Below, in pieces: positions 34,002-46,600 of a stretch of DNA of 64,000 nt. Numbering within the stretch: the first letter of the stretch is position 1; each line of letters opens with the position of its first letter. Source of the DNA: Chloropicon primus (Eukaryota); the NCBI GenBank assembly GCA_023205875.1, contig CP060754.1:1178001-1242000 (forward strand), in the 5' to 3' direction. The notes beneath the pieces are model-generated. The model was not told the origin of the DNA and made no database searches. It worked only from the letters and a program-made list of their open reading frames with translations. Made by a program: the position numbers and the translations under genes.

Positions 34002-37000
34002 ATGAAGGTTGCGGACGCAAACACGGCCGGTGGCCGAAGCGTGCCGATTCAGGTGACTGACCACACGTCAGAGCACTGCAACAACTTGGTGAGGACGGCG
34101 AAGTATTCTATCATATCTTTCATTCCTGTGAACTTGTTCAACCAGTTCCAGAGGGTTGCGAACATTTACTTTTTGTTCATCGCGATCCTGCAGTTTATCC
34201 CTGGGCTTTCTCCAACTCACTGGAGTACCACGGTGGCTCCCTTGGTTGGAGTGCTGACGGTCAACGCCGTCAAGGAGGGATACGATGACTACTTTAGGCA
34301 CAAGTCCGACAAGGAGGTCAACAACAGGGAGGTCCAGGTCTTGAGAGGGACCGCCTTCGTGAGAAAGTTGTGGAAGGAGCTTCAAGTGGGAGACATCATT
34401 CGCATTCACCACTCGGAGCAGGCGCCGGCTGATATTGCGATCCTCTCCTCTGGCCACGAGGAGTCCATCGCTTACGTGGAGACCTCCAACTTGGACGGAG
34501 AGACCGCCTTGAAGCTCAAGACGGCCGTGTTCAAGGATGCCTCGCAGCAGGACCAGGAGATCAATGACCTCACGGTGAAGGTCAATGGGGCCCAAGTCAC
34601 CGCGGAGCTCCCGAACAACGACCTTTACAGGTTCAAGGGCGTTGTCAGGCTGAACGACAGCACCGAGATCCCGCTCGACCCCAACAACTTGATCCTCCGT
34701 GGCTCTTCCCTGAAGAACACGAACTGGGTCATGGGCTGCGTCGTGTACGCCGGAAAGGACTCCAAGATTCTGCTCAACATGACTGACGCCCCTCACAAGG
34801 TCTCTCAGCTCGAGAGGCACATGAATGTTTTGGTCGCAGGCGTCTTCACCTTCCTCGGTGTCGTCTCCATCGTCCTTGGCATCGTCTCGAACAGCGCTCT
34901 GGCCAAGTTGAGGACTCACTGGTACATGGAGAGCGAGGACAAGTGGCCATCTTTTGACCCGTCCTTCATCAACATTGTGGTGCAGGCGATCCGTTTCATC
35001 ATTCTGCTGAACCAGTTCATCCCGATCTCCTTGTATGTGACCTTGGAGCTCGTCAAGGTCATCCAGTGCTACTTCCTGAACGTCGACAGGAGGATGTACC
35101 ACAAGGACACTGATACTCGCTTCATGACTCGTACCACGAGCTTGAACGAGGAGCTCGGACAGATTCAGTACGTGTTGTCGGACAAGACGGGAACCCTGAC
35201 CCAGAACGTCATGGAGTTCGTTGGCTGCTCGATCGCCGGGTCCGTTTTCGATGCGAATGACGTTGCCAGCAGTATGGTCGGCAGTGACATCGGAAGCGAC
35301 GGTGGCACGAGCACGTACTCCAAGTACAAGAAGACCACGGGCTACCACTCCATATCGGCTAGCAAGAAGTTGAAGAAGTACATCGATGGCATTTACGGGG
35401 ACATGAAGGCCAGCGGCTCCCTCAAGGACCCAAAGAGAATCCATGTGGACATGTTCCTCAAGGCTCTTGTCTTGTGCAACACTGTCACGACCATCGACAA
35501 GGACATCCAGGAGCAGCTCAGCTCCGCTGGAAAGGACGTGGGTCAGTACATGGCCGACTCCCCTGACGAGGAGGCCCTTGTCGAGGGCGTTTCCAGTCTT
35601 GGGTACACACTCACTTCGAGAACCAAGGATAAGGTCCAAATCACTTGCCCAGCGGGTAAGCTCGAGTTCACCCAGCTCGCCCTTTTGGGCTTCTCTTCCG
35701 AGAGGAAGAGGATGAGCGCGATCTACAAGACCCCTGAGGGCAAGATCGTCATTGTCTCCAAGGGAGCTGACCAGGTCATGCTCCCAAGGTGCAAGAATGA
35801 CAACCAGGTCATCACCACGACGAAGAACCATTTGAAGGGCATGGGAATGTCTGGTTACCGTACCCTGTGCGTGGGTTACAAGGAGATCTCTGACGCGGAG
35901 TTCAACGAGTGGAACACGCAGTACCACCAAGCGACCCTGTCCATGGAGAACAGGACTGCTGCCATCGAGAAGTGCGCTGAGATGATTGAGAACGACTTGA
36001 CTTTGCTCGGAGCCACCGCCGTGGAGGACAAGCTCCAGGACGGAGTGCCTGAGACCATCAGCATGCTCTTGGAAGCTGGACTGCACGTCTGGATTCTTAC
36101 CGGTGATAAGCTCGAGACGAGTTTGAGTGTCGCCTTGTCCTCGATGTTGTTGACTGATATCATGCCTGTTGTTATCTTCAGAGATGACATGCTCATCGAC
36201 AGCGACAGCGAGGTTGCCAGGAAGAAGAACAGGGAGCTCATTGACTCGAAGATCGACGAGACCGAGACCTACAAGAGAAATGACCAGAAGCTTGGTTTGG
36301 TTATCGAGGGAGGAGCATTGACGATCATGCTTCGACCTGAGTACCAGGAGAGCTTGCTGAAGATGTGCAAGCTTTGCAACTCTGTCATCTGCTGCAGAAT
36401 GTCTCCGCTCCAGAAGGCGGAGGTGACCAAGCTGGTGAAGGACACCGGAAGCATTACCCTTGCTATTGGTGACGGAGCAAACGACGCGGGAATGATCCAG
36501 TCTGCTCACGTCGGTGTCGGTATCAGTGGACGCGAAGGAAGGGCTGCCGTTCTTGCCAGTGACTTCGCCATTGCTCAGTTCAGGTACCTTTCTCGCTTGC
36601 TTCTCGTGCACGGAAGATGGTCGTTCCTCAGAAACAGAGAGGTCGTCCTGTACGCCTTCTACAAGAACATTGCGTACTGCTTCCCGAACATCTTGTTGGC
36701 TTGCCTCACCGGGGTTTCCACCCAGCCTCTGTACTCTGCGGCCTTTATCGCGACGCACAACGTGTGCTGGACGTCCTTGCCAACCCTCGCGAACGCGACC
36801 TTGGAGCAGGACGTGAACCCCCGCACCGTGGTCAACAACCCTGACTTGTACAAGATCACGAGTGAGGCGGACAGGAAGAACTTCTTCAAGTGGACTGCCT
36901 ACTGGCTCACCAGTGCTTTTTGGCATGCCATGGTCATCTTCTGGGTTCCTTTCTTGGCCTACATGAACAATGACGGAAGCGGGAAGGAGAGGGGCATGTG

Positions 37001-37481
37001 GTTCATGGGAGCTATCGTGTACACCTGCGCTGTCATTGTGGTGAACTTGAAGCTCGCCATGAGAACTAGGTATTGGACCTGGATCACCCACTTCTTGACT
37101 TGGGGAAGCATCATTGTCTTCTTCGCCTTCCTTGCTTACGTGAGCTCGATCTGGAAGTCCATGGACCTCTTCCCAGAGCTCTTCGGGGTGGCTACTGTTT
37201 TCTCCCAGCCAACATTCTGGTTGGTGATCTTGCTCGCGGTGGTGATGTGCCTGTGGTTCGACTTGGCGGTCGACTCCATCCACAGGACTTTCTTCCCCAA
37301 CATGCAGCACTTCTTCCAGCAGTTGGAGTTCTTGGGAGGAGGAAAGCAGCCCGTGAGCTCGCTGCAGAGCACGCCTATTCATACCCCAAGGCAATCGAGG
37401 AGCAACTCTCTCGCCCTCAGCGCCGACAGCATGGACTCTGTGCCCAGCTTGCCCTCTGTCATCCAAGTGATCTCCTCCTAG
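34002..37481 (+). CDS. P4-type ATPase phospholipid flippase (ALA family); 5' end uncertain (frame open from 33675)
   Basis: N.VRTAKY, NLDGET, PISLYV, SDKTGTLT, SPDEEAL, KGAD, LTGDK, AIGDGAND, LLVHGRW. Confidence 0.95.
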   Translation: MKVADANTAGGRSVPIQVTDHTSEHCNNLVRTAKYSIISFIPVNLFNQFQRVANIYFLFIAILQFIPGLSPTHWSTTVAPLVGVLTVNAVKEGYDDYFRHKSDKEVNNREVQVLRGTAFVRKLWKELQVGDIIRIHHSEQAPADIAILSSGHEESIAYVETSNLDGETALKLKTAVFKDASQQDQEINDLTVKVNGAQVTAELPNNDLYRFKGVVRLNDSTEIPLDPNNLILRGSSLKNTNWVMGCVVYAGKDSKILLNMTDAPHKVSQLERHMNVLVAGVFTFLGVVSIVLGIVSNSALAKLRTHWYMESEDKWPSFDPSFINIVVQAIRFIILLNQFIPISLYVTLELVKVIQCYFLNVDRRMYHKDTDTRFMTRTTSLNEELGQIQYVLSDKTGTLTQNVMEFVGCSIAGSVFDANDVASSMVGSDIGSDGGTSTYSKYKKTTGYHSISASKKLKKYIDGIYGDMKASGSLKDPKRIHVDMFLKALVLCNTVTTIDKDIQEQLSSAGKDVGQYMADSPDEEALVEGVSSLGYTLTSRTKDKVQITCPAGKLEFTQLALLGFSSERKRMSAIYKTPEGKIVIVSKGADQVMLPRCKNDNQVITTTKNHLKGMGMSGYRTLCVGYKEISDAEFNEWNTQYHQATLSMENRTAAIEKCAEMIENDLTLLGATAVEDKLQDGVPETISMLLEAGLHVWILTGDKLETSLSVALSSMLLTDIMPVVIFRDDMLIDSDSEVARKKNRELIDSKIDETETYKRNDQKLGLVIEGGALTIMLRPEYQESLLKMCKLCNSVICCRMSPLQKAEVTKLVKDTGSITLAIGDGANDAGMIQSAHVGVGISGREGRAAVLASDFAIAQFRYLSRLLLVHGRWSFLRNREVVLYAFYKNIAYCFPNILLACLTGVSTQPLYSAAFIATHNVCWTSLPTLANATLEQDVNPRTVVNNPDLYKITSEADRKNFFKWTAYWLTSAFWHAMVIFWVPFLAYMNNDGSGKERGMWFMGAIVYTCAVIVVNLKLAMRTRYWTWITHFLTWGSIIVFFAFLAYVSSIWKSMDLFPELFGVATVFSQPTFWLVILLAVVMCLWFDLAVDSIHRTFFPNMQHFFQQLEFLGGGKQPVSSLQSTPIHTPRQSRSNSLALSADSMDSVPSLPSVIQVISS

Positions 37482-37659
37482 GTGGTGCGAGGCAAGGCAT
37501 TGTAAGAATAAAACCAAACAATCACTATAACTATGTAGTTCCGGATAAACTTTTCTAAACCACAACCACAACACACACACATTGCTATTGCCGGGAGTTT
37601 CTGACTCGCGTGGCTGCCTCTCCCTCCTCCTGGCCCCTCCCTCTCTGGATCAGAAAAAA

Positions 37660-38166
37660 ATGGTGAGGCTGTGGCCGTCGGCCAAGTTCTTTCAGTTGGG
37701 AGCTGGGATAGCGACGTGCTACTTCCTCGTGGACGCAACCGAGGAGTTGTCCCTCTTCCTGACCTGTCGGGACACGGTCACTCGCGCGGCCAACGCGAAC
37801 GCGGCCCTCAAGGAGGAGATAGGCGACGTCATCACTCCCGGACAGTACTGGGACTCGAGCTTGAGGACCACGCATCACGGCAACGTTGTGCACAGCACGA
37901 TTCCGGTGAGAGGAGGGAAAGGATCGAGCGACGTCGTTCTCAAGCTGGTCAAATCGAGCAGCGCGTCTTCGGCTCAGCAGGGAGGCAAGTGGCTTAGCGG
38001 CATCTTTGGGGATCGTGACTACTATTGCCCTGGAGAGAACTTGATCTACAACCACCTCGGCCGAGGAGAGTGGAAAGTGCTCGTCCACTACGCAGTCATA
38101 GGAGGGGCAGGATCCCTGCCTAAGCACTTCAATCTCGAGGAAAGGGACGGCAAACAAGGCGATTGA
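37660..38166 (+). CDS. Coa1/Tim21-like mitochondrial inner-membrane protein
   Basis: Single TM, then L.EEIGD.I..G.YW.SS....H....IPVRG.KG, resembling Coa1-family proteins. Confidence 0.55.
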   Translation: MVRLWPSAKFFQLGAGIATCYFLVDATEELSLFLTCRDTVTRAANANAALKEEIGDVITPGQYWDSSLRTTHHGNVVHSTIPVRGGKGSSDVVLKLVKSSSASSAQQGGKWLSGIFGDRDYYCPGENLIYNHLGRGEWKVLVHYAVIGGAGSLPKHFNLEERDGKQGD

Positions 38167-38189
38167 TTGCTTTGCGCGTTGTTTGATTC

Positions 38190-38224
<35 letters not shown>

Positions 38225-38238
38225 TGAAGCAAGCCATC

Positions 38239-39735
38239 ATGGCGTCGTCGTCCAGGTTGTGGACGACAGCAAGGGTGGCACTGAGCGCCCTGGCGGCAAG
38301 GGACGCGGGCGGGCGCTTGAACCAGAGCCAGGCCCCCCACGCCTTCCTGCTTCCTGCGATTGGGGGGGTTGCTGGTTTGGGACTGGCTTGCAGCAAGGTG
38401 GTGCACTCGGAAGAGGAGTGCTCTGACTGCGCCAACGAAGGCAGGACGGAGACGACGGTGAACACGCCGAACAAGCACTCGACAGCCAAGTGGCGAGTGT
38501 TCACAGATCGGGCCCGTGATCTTCACCAGCAAGGCAAAATCGAGGAGGCTCGGGCGTTCTTCCAGCGCGCATTGGAGGAGGCGGAAAAGGGCTTCGGCCC
38601 CGAGGACGAGCACCTCGCGGCCAGCTATCAAAACTTGGCTGAGCTGCTGAGGATCAACAGGGAGTTCGAGGAGGCGGAGGCTCTGTACCAGAAAGCTATC
38701 GCGTTGCTGGAGAGCAAGTCCAAGAAGAGAGCTGCACGCTCCCCCGAGGCCAGCAAATTCGAAAGGAACAACTTCATCAGCGAACCTGTGCGGCAGAAGG
38801 CCTTGGCGACCACGGTAGACCACCTTTGCGGCATTTACCTCCAAATGCAGCCAAAGAAACTCGAGGACGCAAGGGACTGCTACCAGAAGGCCTTGAAGCT
38901 CAAGCTAGAAGCTTTTGGTGGCCACCACATCGAGGTCGCAAACACTCTTGCGCGGGCTGCCCAAGTGAGCGAGCTCCAGGGTAGGCACCGCCAGGCCATC
39001 GATTTGATGGGCCAATCCGTGGATTGCTTGCTAAAGAACCAAGGGAACGAAGACGAGAGTGGGAGGACGATATTGAATGACTCTGTGATGAAGCTGTTCC
39101 GGGTGAGGACCCTCCAGCTGGCGAACTTGCTTCTCAGGCAGGAGTCCGAGTCCGAGACTCGCGAGGCGGAGGAAGTGCTGAGGAGATTAATCAATCTGAC
39201 CATGCAGAGCGGGGGGCAGGGCGAAGAGGAGGCTTCCTGCGACGAGAACGACTTGATCGGCCGTGACCCGCAAGTGTGCAACCTTTTCTGCCAGGCACTG
39301 GTGGCCTCGCGAGATCCAGGAAGATGCGAGAAAGCTGTGGCATTGCTCGAGCCGCTCAAGGATCGGCTGTTGAGCGCAAAGGCGAGCTCCCTGCAGAAGG
39401 ACCTCTCGGAATGCGCTATAAGCAGGCACCTGGGAGAGGCCTACTTGTGCTTGGGAAGGGAGGAGGAGCTGAAGAGCCTCAATCTCGAAGATGTAGAGCA
39501 AAGGATTTTTGCGCTGTGGGATGACCTCCGGCGGGGGAAGCAGGGGCTACCGAAGAGACTCCTGGCTCCGGTGACGTTCGAGCTACTTGGGCTTTTGGGG
39601 GTTTCCTCCCGAGTGGCCAGCGATCCTGCGCGGAAGCGAGAAATTTTGGGAATTGTAGAAAAGATTGTAGCGTCCTCTGGTAACAATTCTGACGTTGAAA
39701 AGGTTGCCACGAAAGTAAAAGCAAGTATGCCATGA
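38239..39735 (+). CDS. TPR (kinesin light chain-like repeat) protein
   Basis: KWRVFTD..R, ALEEA..GFG..D.H.A.S..NLAEL.R...F.EAE.LY repeats. Confidence 0.8.
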   Translation: MASSSRLWTTARVALSALAARDAGGRLNQSQAPHAFLLPAIGGVAGLGLACSKVVHSEEECSDCANEGRTETTVNTPNKHSTAKWRVFTDRARDLHQQGKIEEARAFFQRALEEAEKGFGPEDEHLAASYQNLAELLRINREFEEAEALYQKAIALLESKSKKRAARSPEASKFERNNFISEPVRQKALATTVDHLCGIYLQMQPKKLEDARDCYQKALKLKLEAFGGHHIEVANTLARAAQVSELQGRHRQAIDLMGQSVDCLLKNQGNEDESGRTILNDSVMKLFRVRTLQLANLLLRQESESETREAEEVLRRLINLTMQSGGQGEEEASCDENDLIGRDPQVCNLFCQALVASRDPGRCEKAVALLEPLKDRLLSAKASSLQKDLSECAISRHLGEAYLCLGREEELKSLNLEDVEQRIFALWDDLRRGKQGLPKRLLAPVTFELLGLLGVSSRVASDPARKREILGIVEKIVASSGNNSDVEKVATKVKASMP

Positions 39736-39792
39736 TCGCATTACTTGGCAGGCTATTTCTTTATTCGTATATTTATATGTACACACACGTCT

Positions 39793-42617
39793 TCATGTCG
39801 TATTTTCGGTGAAGCTCTGGATCAGGTTCTGAGCCACACTCCAGGAGTCACCCCCAATGCCCCTGCCCTTCAGGTCATTCAGCGTCTCGGAGAGCTCAAC
39901 GAATCTGACTGTGTTGTCGTCCGAGTAAGGGATTTCCCACGTCTTCTGAGCGTGCCTGGCGTTGAAGAGCGCCTTGCAAGCGGGGGAAATGTACCTGCTG
40001 GCTTCGCTGTCATTCTCGCTGGTCAGCCTCTCCAAAACATCAATGATCTTTGACTCTATCTGCTGACCAATGATCGCAGTCTCCTTCGTTGCGCTGGAAA
40101 ACAAGTTTATCAGAGGCCCCACCGCAGCACAAGCGACGCCCAAATGGACGTGGCTCAACAAGTACGCCAGTTTCTCTATGATGTACTCCCTGTGCATGAA
40201 CTCCCTGCATTCTGGTATCCTCGAGTAGTTGCTGAAGATTCTCGTCGCTTGGATGGCGATCTCGATGTTTTCCGAGAAGAGGTATGGCACCGCGTGCAGC
40301 AGAATTCTCTCGCGCATCTTGAGCACGTGGTTCTCCCCCTCCTCGCCCTGGTAATACGAAATGTTGGCCACGACCGAGATGACGTTGAGGATGAGCTCCT
40401 CGTCGTTCTGCACCGTGCTGCAGGATATGAGGTACTGAAGGCTGTCCGCCAGCTCTTCGCTCTCCGCGAAAATGCGACCATTCTCCGGCAGCATGGAAAG
40501 GTTAGCGACGATGCAGAGGACCTTTGACAGCACGTCCGCGATGACGTCTTTCGTCAATGGCTCGCTGGTCTCCCTCATAGTCTCCATGCTGTCGATCTCC
40601 TTTTCGTTCCTGCCCAGCTCTTGCACTAACCGAACTTTCTCCCTGGACGGACTAGCGGTCGCTTGCAGCTTCTTTGAATACACCGTGACGATCGAGATGA
40701 GAATCTTCTGAGCCTCGAACCTCGAGCAGAGGATCTCTTGGGCCCGCTGGTTGTACATCGTGATGCTCCCTAACGCAAACAGGGCTCGGATCATGACATC
40801 GTAGTGCAGCTGATAGAGCTTGATCACTTCCATGAGAGCTTGCAGGGTCAAGTCATTCTCGCCCACGAACTCCGACCACGGCTCGTCCACGGTGAGCTTG
40901 GAGAAGATCCTCGTGATGTTGAACGTGAGCTCGTGATGGTGGATGTACAGCACCAACAACTTTGCGAGGCAAGCGTGCATCAAATCGTCGCTGAACAGCT
41001 TGAGGACTGTGCCCGTCGGGAGCATCGTGCGAATGAGTGAGGTCAGCTGCACGCACAGCTGGGCCCACTTATCCTTCGACTCCACGCTCATCCCTTGGTT
41101 CAGGAGGTGCACATTGCATGCGGTCTCCAGCGCGTCGAAGAATATCTGCATCGCGCCGCTTCGGATGAAGGCCTTCTGGTTCCCCTCGTCGTTGCAGATG
41201 TTCTTGAGGATTCCCGCAACGAACACCAAGACCTCGAGGGGGTACCTGATGCCCTCCCCGTTCTTCATCCTGGTGATCGACCTGAGGTAGTTTATCAGGG
41301 GAGGTATCACCCGCTCTCTCCGGAAGGCGCTGTCGTTCTGAGGCCTCTTGGACAGGTAGAACAGAGACTGGAGGGACGGCCTCAAGGCGAAGCTCGTTTC
41401 GTTTCCCATGCAAAGCTTCAAATTGATGCACGCGGTCTTGAGGAAAAGCGTTACTTCTGGCTCGAGCACCGTCTCCCTGTTCATCACGTGCATCGTGCTC
41501 CTCAGGATCGCTTCCATGATCGCCACGTTGGACCCCTTGTCGTCCGAGAACACAGTCGAATCGGATTTCAGCCAGACCGTCCACTCCAACTGATTCATGC
41601 CTTGGTCCACGAGGGAGTGAAGCTTGTCACACTCCTGGAGCAAGTTGTCGATTTGGCTCGCGCGGAGATCGCCTAGAACCGCGAGGGTGGACTCGACCCG
41701 CTCCCTCCACGTAACGAACTTTTCGTCCTCGTTGGTCTCGTTGGTCTTGGCCTGAGCCGCCGAGCCGACATCGGTGTACCTTCCTATGACCTCGAACTCC
41801 GGCGCAGCGCTTCTCTTGCCCTCCAGCGAGGCGCCCGAGGTCTGGTAGCTCCGGGCGCTCTTGGGTCGAGTCCGGCCCGACACCGGTCGCCTGGCGGTCC
41901 TCGCCCTCGTGCTCGCAGTCTTCGGCCTCGTGGGATGCAACCCCGAATCTTGGGACGAGAAGGAAGATTCCTCCCCCAGTGATGACCTGCTTCCTTCCCT
42001 TGGGTGCTGGTCCTTGGGCCTGCCCTGCGTCTTCCCGCCGATCAAAAGCTTCTCCCTTTGTATGTTGCTCTCGTTCTCCCTCTCCTGGATCGACTTTGGG
42101 CTCAGCTTCCTTCTTATGGGCCTCAGCCTCGCCGGCTTCGACCTCGAGACATGCTGACTGCCCTCACGAGAGAACACTCTGCCAAGATCAATGAGAGAGA
42201 GAGAGAGGGAAGAGGAAGAGGAAGAGGAAGAGAGTCAGAGGAGGAACGAACGGCGCGCACTCCTCCTTCTATGCCGTGTGTAGCACTTACGATCTGTTGT
42301 GGGACGACTTTGGCCTGTCGTGGTACTGGTCGATGGAGAACAAGCTCCTGGAAGTGTTCGGAGTCACAGGCCTGTATATCTCCCTCACGGATTCCCTGGT
42401 AGCCAAACCGTCAGTCAAAAAGTCCCAAGTCGTAGACAAGAGTAGCACGTTGTCAGCTCAAATCGTCTAATCTCGCGGAAGCCTTCGTGGAATGAAGCGT
42501 CCAAGCGCTGCAGCTTAAACGAAAAACTTTCTCCTACCTCGCCGCTCGGAGCGTCTGCATGACAGAGCTCTGCCTTCTCCCAAGCATGGGATCCAAGTCG
42601 TCTTTCTCCTGGTTCAT
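39793..42617 (-). CDS. ARMC2: Armadillo repeat-containing protein 2-like (exons about 42617-42538, 42397-42291, 42178-39793)
   Basis: Spliced N-terminus AR|ESVREIYRPVTP..SRSLF resembles the ARMC2 RP.TP motif; also LS...ND..F, NITRIFSKLT, N....ANISYY, RIFSN, LINL. GT-AG introns keep the frame. Confidence 0.72.
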
Positions 42618-43265
42618 GATTGCCTTTGGACGAAGAAAGAACAAGACCAATGAAGACAAAGGACAAAAGGAAAGACAAAGGTGAACCACCTCTCCTTCAC
42701 CGACCGAAGCGACCCAATCAATCAATCGATGGGTTCCCTTATCAATCCATCCATCCAAGGCTCTGCCTTGCGCCCATCTGCGTCGTCCAAGACCGAAGAC
42801 GAAGAAGACGAAGCTCTTTGGGTTCTTGTTCTGTCATTCAATTCAAGCAAGCGGGAAAAAACAAGAAAAGAGGAAAGAAAACGAAGCTCCATTCCATTCC
42901 ACAAGAGAACTTCCACTTCCCTTGGGTTGGATTGACTTTCCCTTCCGGACGTCCTTTCCGTCTTGCCTTGTCAAGGAGAGAAGTACCTTTCCCTCCGGAG
43001 TTGGGCAGTGGAGCAACAAGTGTGACAAATGTGATGCACGTGCACGTTCTCTCTCCCTCCTCTCCCTCTCCCTCTCCCTCTCTCTCTCTCTCTCTCCCGC
43101 CCTGAACATATGTCATTGCGCTTCTACTTTAGGTTTCAGGAATAGTCTGACTCCAGGGAGGCGGGAGAGAGGGCAACGAGGACGAGAGCGAGAACGAGGA
43201 CAACGAGGACGGAGGTGTTGAACAAGGTGGGGGGCTTGGACAGGACGAAGGTTCAGGTCTCTCTC

Positions 43266-43288
43266 TTTCGAAAGAGCCTTCGCTCGAA
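43266..43288 (-). promoter_or_regulatory. Recurrent intergenic motif copy TTCGAGCGAAGGCTCTTTCGAAA (reverse strand)
   Basis: Lies between the divergent ARMC2 and PstS-7TM genes. Confidence 0.6.
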
Positions 43289-43618
43289 ACGAGGGACGCT
43301 GTGGGGAGGTTTTGAGAGAGGGAAGGAGAGGAAGCCACGGACCCCACCACCTTGAAGCCATCCATTCTCGTGGAAGAGTGGGAGAAGGTGTGAGGCCCAG
43401 CCGAAGACAACGAACGAGGGCGGAGCACAAAGATCGAGGCAAGGAGGCGTCCAAGACCAAGCCTTTGTCCCAACGCCGCTTCACGCCTTTGAGAGAAGCA
43501 GACTCTCCTCTCCAACCCGTGTTGGCAGTCGATGAAAGCTGATTGGGTACTTGAGCTTTGTTAACGCGGAAGTGTTTGAGTTTGGGAGCGTGTGCTTGTG
43601 CGAGGATAGAGACCCGGC

Positions 43619-46600
43619 ATGATCATCACGCGAGGACGCGCCCTCCGAACCTCTGGAGCGTATCTTGCAGTCATTAGCGTAGCTGCGTTTGTTTTGTTGC
43701 TCTCCTGCCTGGAGTGCTCCGCAAAACAAAAAGAGAGTCTCGGTGATACGGTCAAGCTGGTCGGCGTAGGAGACTGTGATGCAGAGCATTCCATTCGGAC
43801 GGCCGCGGTGCTGTACAAGCAAAGCCTTAAGCCAAAGTACGACCCGTACGGAATGAGGAAGTTGCCACACAAAGATGTCGATATTTTTTTCTTCAACACA
43901 GACGCCGCGAACGCGGCTTGCCAGCTGAAACATCGTGGCCAAGGCTGCGAGGCTAAGGTCGGTTATGACATGCTGAAAGGAGCTGATTTCATTTGCACGG
44001 AAGAGGATGGAATAGCGCTCACGCAGTTTGACGTGAGCTCGTTTTCTACCCCCATGTTCATTACAGGCGTAGTGCCTGTTTTTAACATCAGGGGCGTTGG
44101 GGGGGAAGCGCTGAAGCTGCGGACGGACGTTCTGTCTCGCATTTTCAGAGGAAACATCACAGCGTGGGATGACCCGGCGATCCTTGCAACAAACTCTGGC
44201 GTGGCGACGACACTCCTGGGAATGAAAGACAGGAACATCAAAGTTGTTGTTCGAGGGGATGATACAGCTTCGACACTAGTGTGGAAGAGAGCTTTGAGCA
44301 GTTTTGATAGTGAATTCGAGGCACAAATTGGTATCAGCTCTACTTCTGACTGGAACGGGGTGGAAGCCATCCGACGCGCCAAATCCTCTGGCGTGGCTAA
44401 AGCAGTCGTGGCCGAAGAGGGTTCCATAGGTTATGCCAGCACGCTGATAGCAGAAGAGTATAACTTGACCTCAGCGCTCCTCATTGACACGGAGACGGGA
44501 AGTGTACTCTTTCCCGGCCCTGCGAAAGTATACTCAACTGCACTGGTCAAAATGCTCTACGGTGAGAAGGATATCGGGGAGCAGGAAAGACTAAAACCAT
44601 TCAATAACCCGTGGCCTATGGCGACAATTTCAACCCTCACCGTTCAGCTAGGCAACGGGGCCCCACTGAGGGAAGGCGCAACTTGCCAGAACGTCGTGGA
44701 ATCCTTTGACTTTGTGACGTGGTTACTCAGCGAGCCTATCATGTCAAGATACTCGGGATCGAGCTTCGTCACTATTGAATTGGTGAAAAAACTCCAAGAG
44801 AGATTCGCGTTCAACCTGGGTGATGGTATGAAGCTCTGCAATGTGACCGCGGTCTTAGCTCCTTCCGCCGCGAAGGAATCCTATGACCTGAAGCTTACAG
44901 TCCAAAGGTCCATAGAGGATGTCGTTCTGAGTCACAGCGATTGGACTGGAGCTGATTTCTCGGTGAAGATCAGCACGGCGGATGAGTGCTATTTCAACGC
45001 ATCGGCGTATAAGGAAAGGGACGTGGATATGTACATTGGGATGACTGAGCCCAGAACTTCCAGACGCGTCTATGAAGACGTAGAAAAGGTGCTGGACACC
45101 ACAGATTCGGTCTACACAAGGGATCCAGAAAGCGCGGGGGACTACATTGCTTTTCCGTATGGAACAATCGGCTATGGGATTGAGTACAACCTTCCGGGAT
45201 ACTCTGAGAAACTGTATTTGACGAAAGAGATGCAGAATGAGATCTTTTTCAAGTTCATCAAGTACTGGAATGATCCGAAACTCGTGGCGTTGAACCCGGG
45301 ACTCGAGCAGATTTCTGAAGAGATCCAAGTGTTCATTTCCACCATGCATGTGCAATGCTATGTGGACCAAAGCGACGACGTGAACTTGGGTGTCCGAATG
45401 CTGTATGTGACAGCCTTGGAGAACGAACGCCTTGGAGAGGCGATAAAGGTTGTCGAAGAAGGGAAAGAAAGTGCTTACGTAAAGGAAACCAACTTCTCGG
45501 TGACAATAGCAACTTGGCCACGCATAGACGAGTTATTGGAAGGTGAAAGACACTTTGCTCGAGAATATGAATGTGAGGGTGAAAGCGAAGTCGAAAGCGA
45601 CTTTTGGCGTACAGATGCCAAGGTGTTGTGTCACGGTTTCATCTTTTTCCAAGTCAACTTGTACGCAAGAAGACACTTTGCTCCAGCAGGGACAGATGAA
45701 ATTGCTATGAAGCGATCGTGTGCCAGGGCAAAAGATACCATCATTCTCACCAAGTCCCTGTTGGCGACGAACGCTGCTAATACATTATCGATGAGCCTTC
45801 CTTATGCGCAGGATGCTGTACGTGAACACAACTGGGCGAATTTGGCATCGATCACGTGTGGTGCTCAAACTTCGGCAGCTTGCGGTGGTGAACTTGCAAA
45901 TGGTTTTGAGGCGTGTTCCTACGAAAGACATTGTACCCAATCTTACAAGATAGAAGAATGTGCCACGAACTTGAGACCAAAACAGAAAGTAACTTTCTTT
46001 TGGACCGATGGCGAAGGGGGTGTGTGCCCAGGAAAGACCGATGTAGAGAGTATACACGTGACCTGCGAGCACATCCCATCTCTATCCACCTTAGCGCTTG
46101 TCCTCAAATCCTTAACTGCTTTCTTCGTCTGGTTTCAAGGGTTAGCATTCTTTGTTTCCGTGAGGTACAGGAGACACCTGTTCATGATTGCAGGACAGCC
46201 TCTCTTCAACTGCCTCATGATCGTCGGGAACATCCTTTGTTTGCTTTATGTACCCTTGTCTGTTGGGACGAAGCAAGAGGGTGAGACTGCTTTCTATAGC
46301 TGTTACCTGAGACATGCCGTGCTCAGTGTAGGCTGGGTCATGAGCAATACCGCCATGGTGTGCAAAGCCTTTAGGATCTACACAATCTTCACAAACAAAG
46401 AGTTGTTTCCAACGAAGCTGGTGGGAAAGGATTTGCTGAAGTATTTTTCTATTCCGGTTCTTGCAGATGTGGCCTTCATTATTTTGGCCCACTTCATTTG
46501 TGATCCCTCCGCGACCACGGCGGTGACAGTCGTCCATGAGAAGGGCATCTATGAGCTCAATGAATGCAACGGGTACAGTCCAGTGGCGGTTTCATTGACT

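Noticed and set aside
34068..37580. 1170-aa minus-strand ORF
   Set aside because: Antisense shadow of the P4-ATPase; H/V/L/G-rich composition typical of reverse-frame reads.
38185..38226. (TTGA)n tract and the many (GA)n, (CA)n and (CCA)n tracts
   Set aside because: Ordinary microsatellites in UTRs and introns; no spacer structure, so not CRISPR-like or telomeric.
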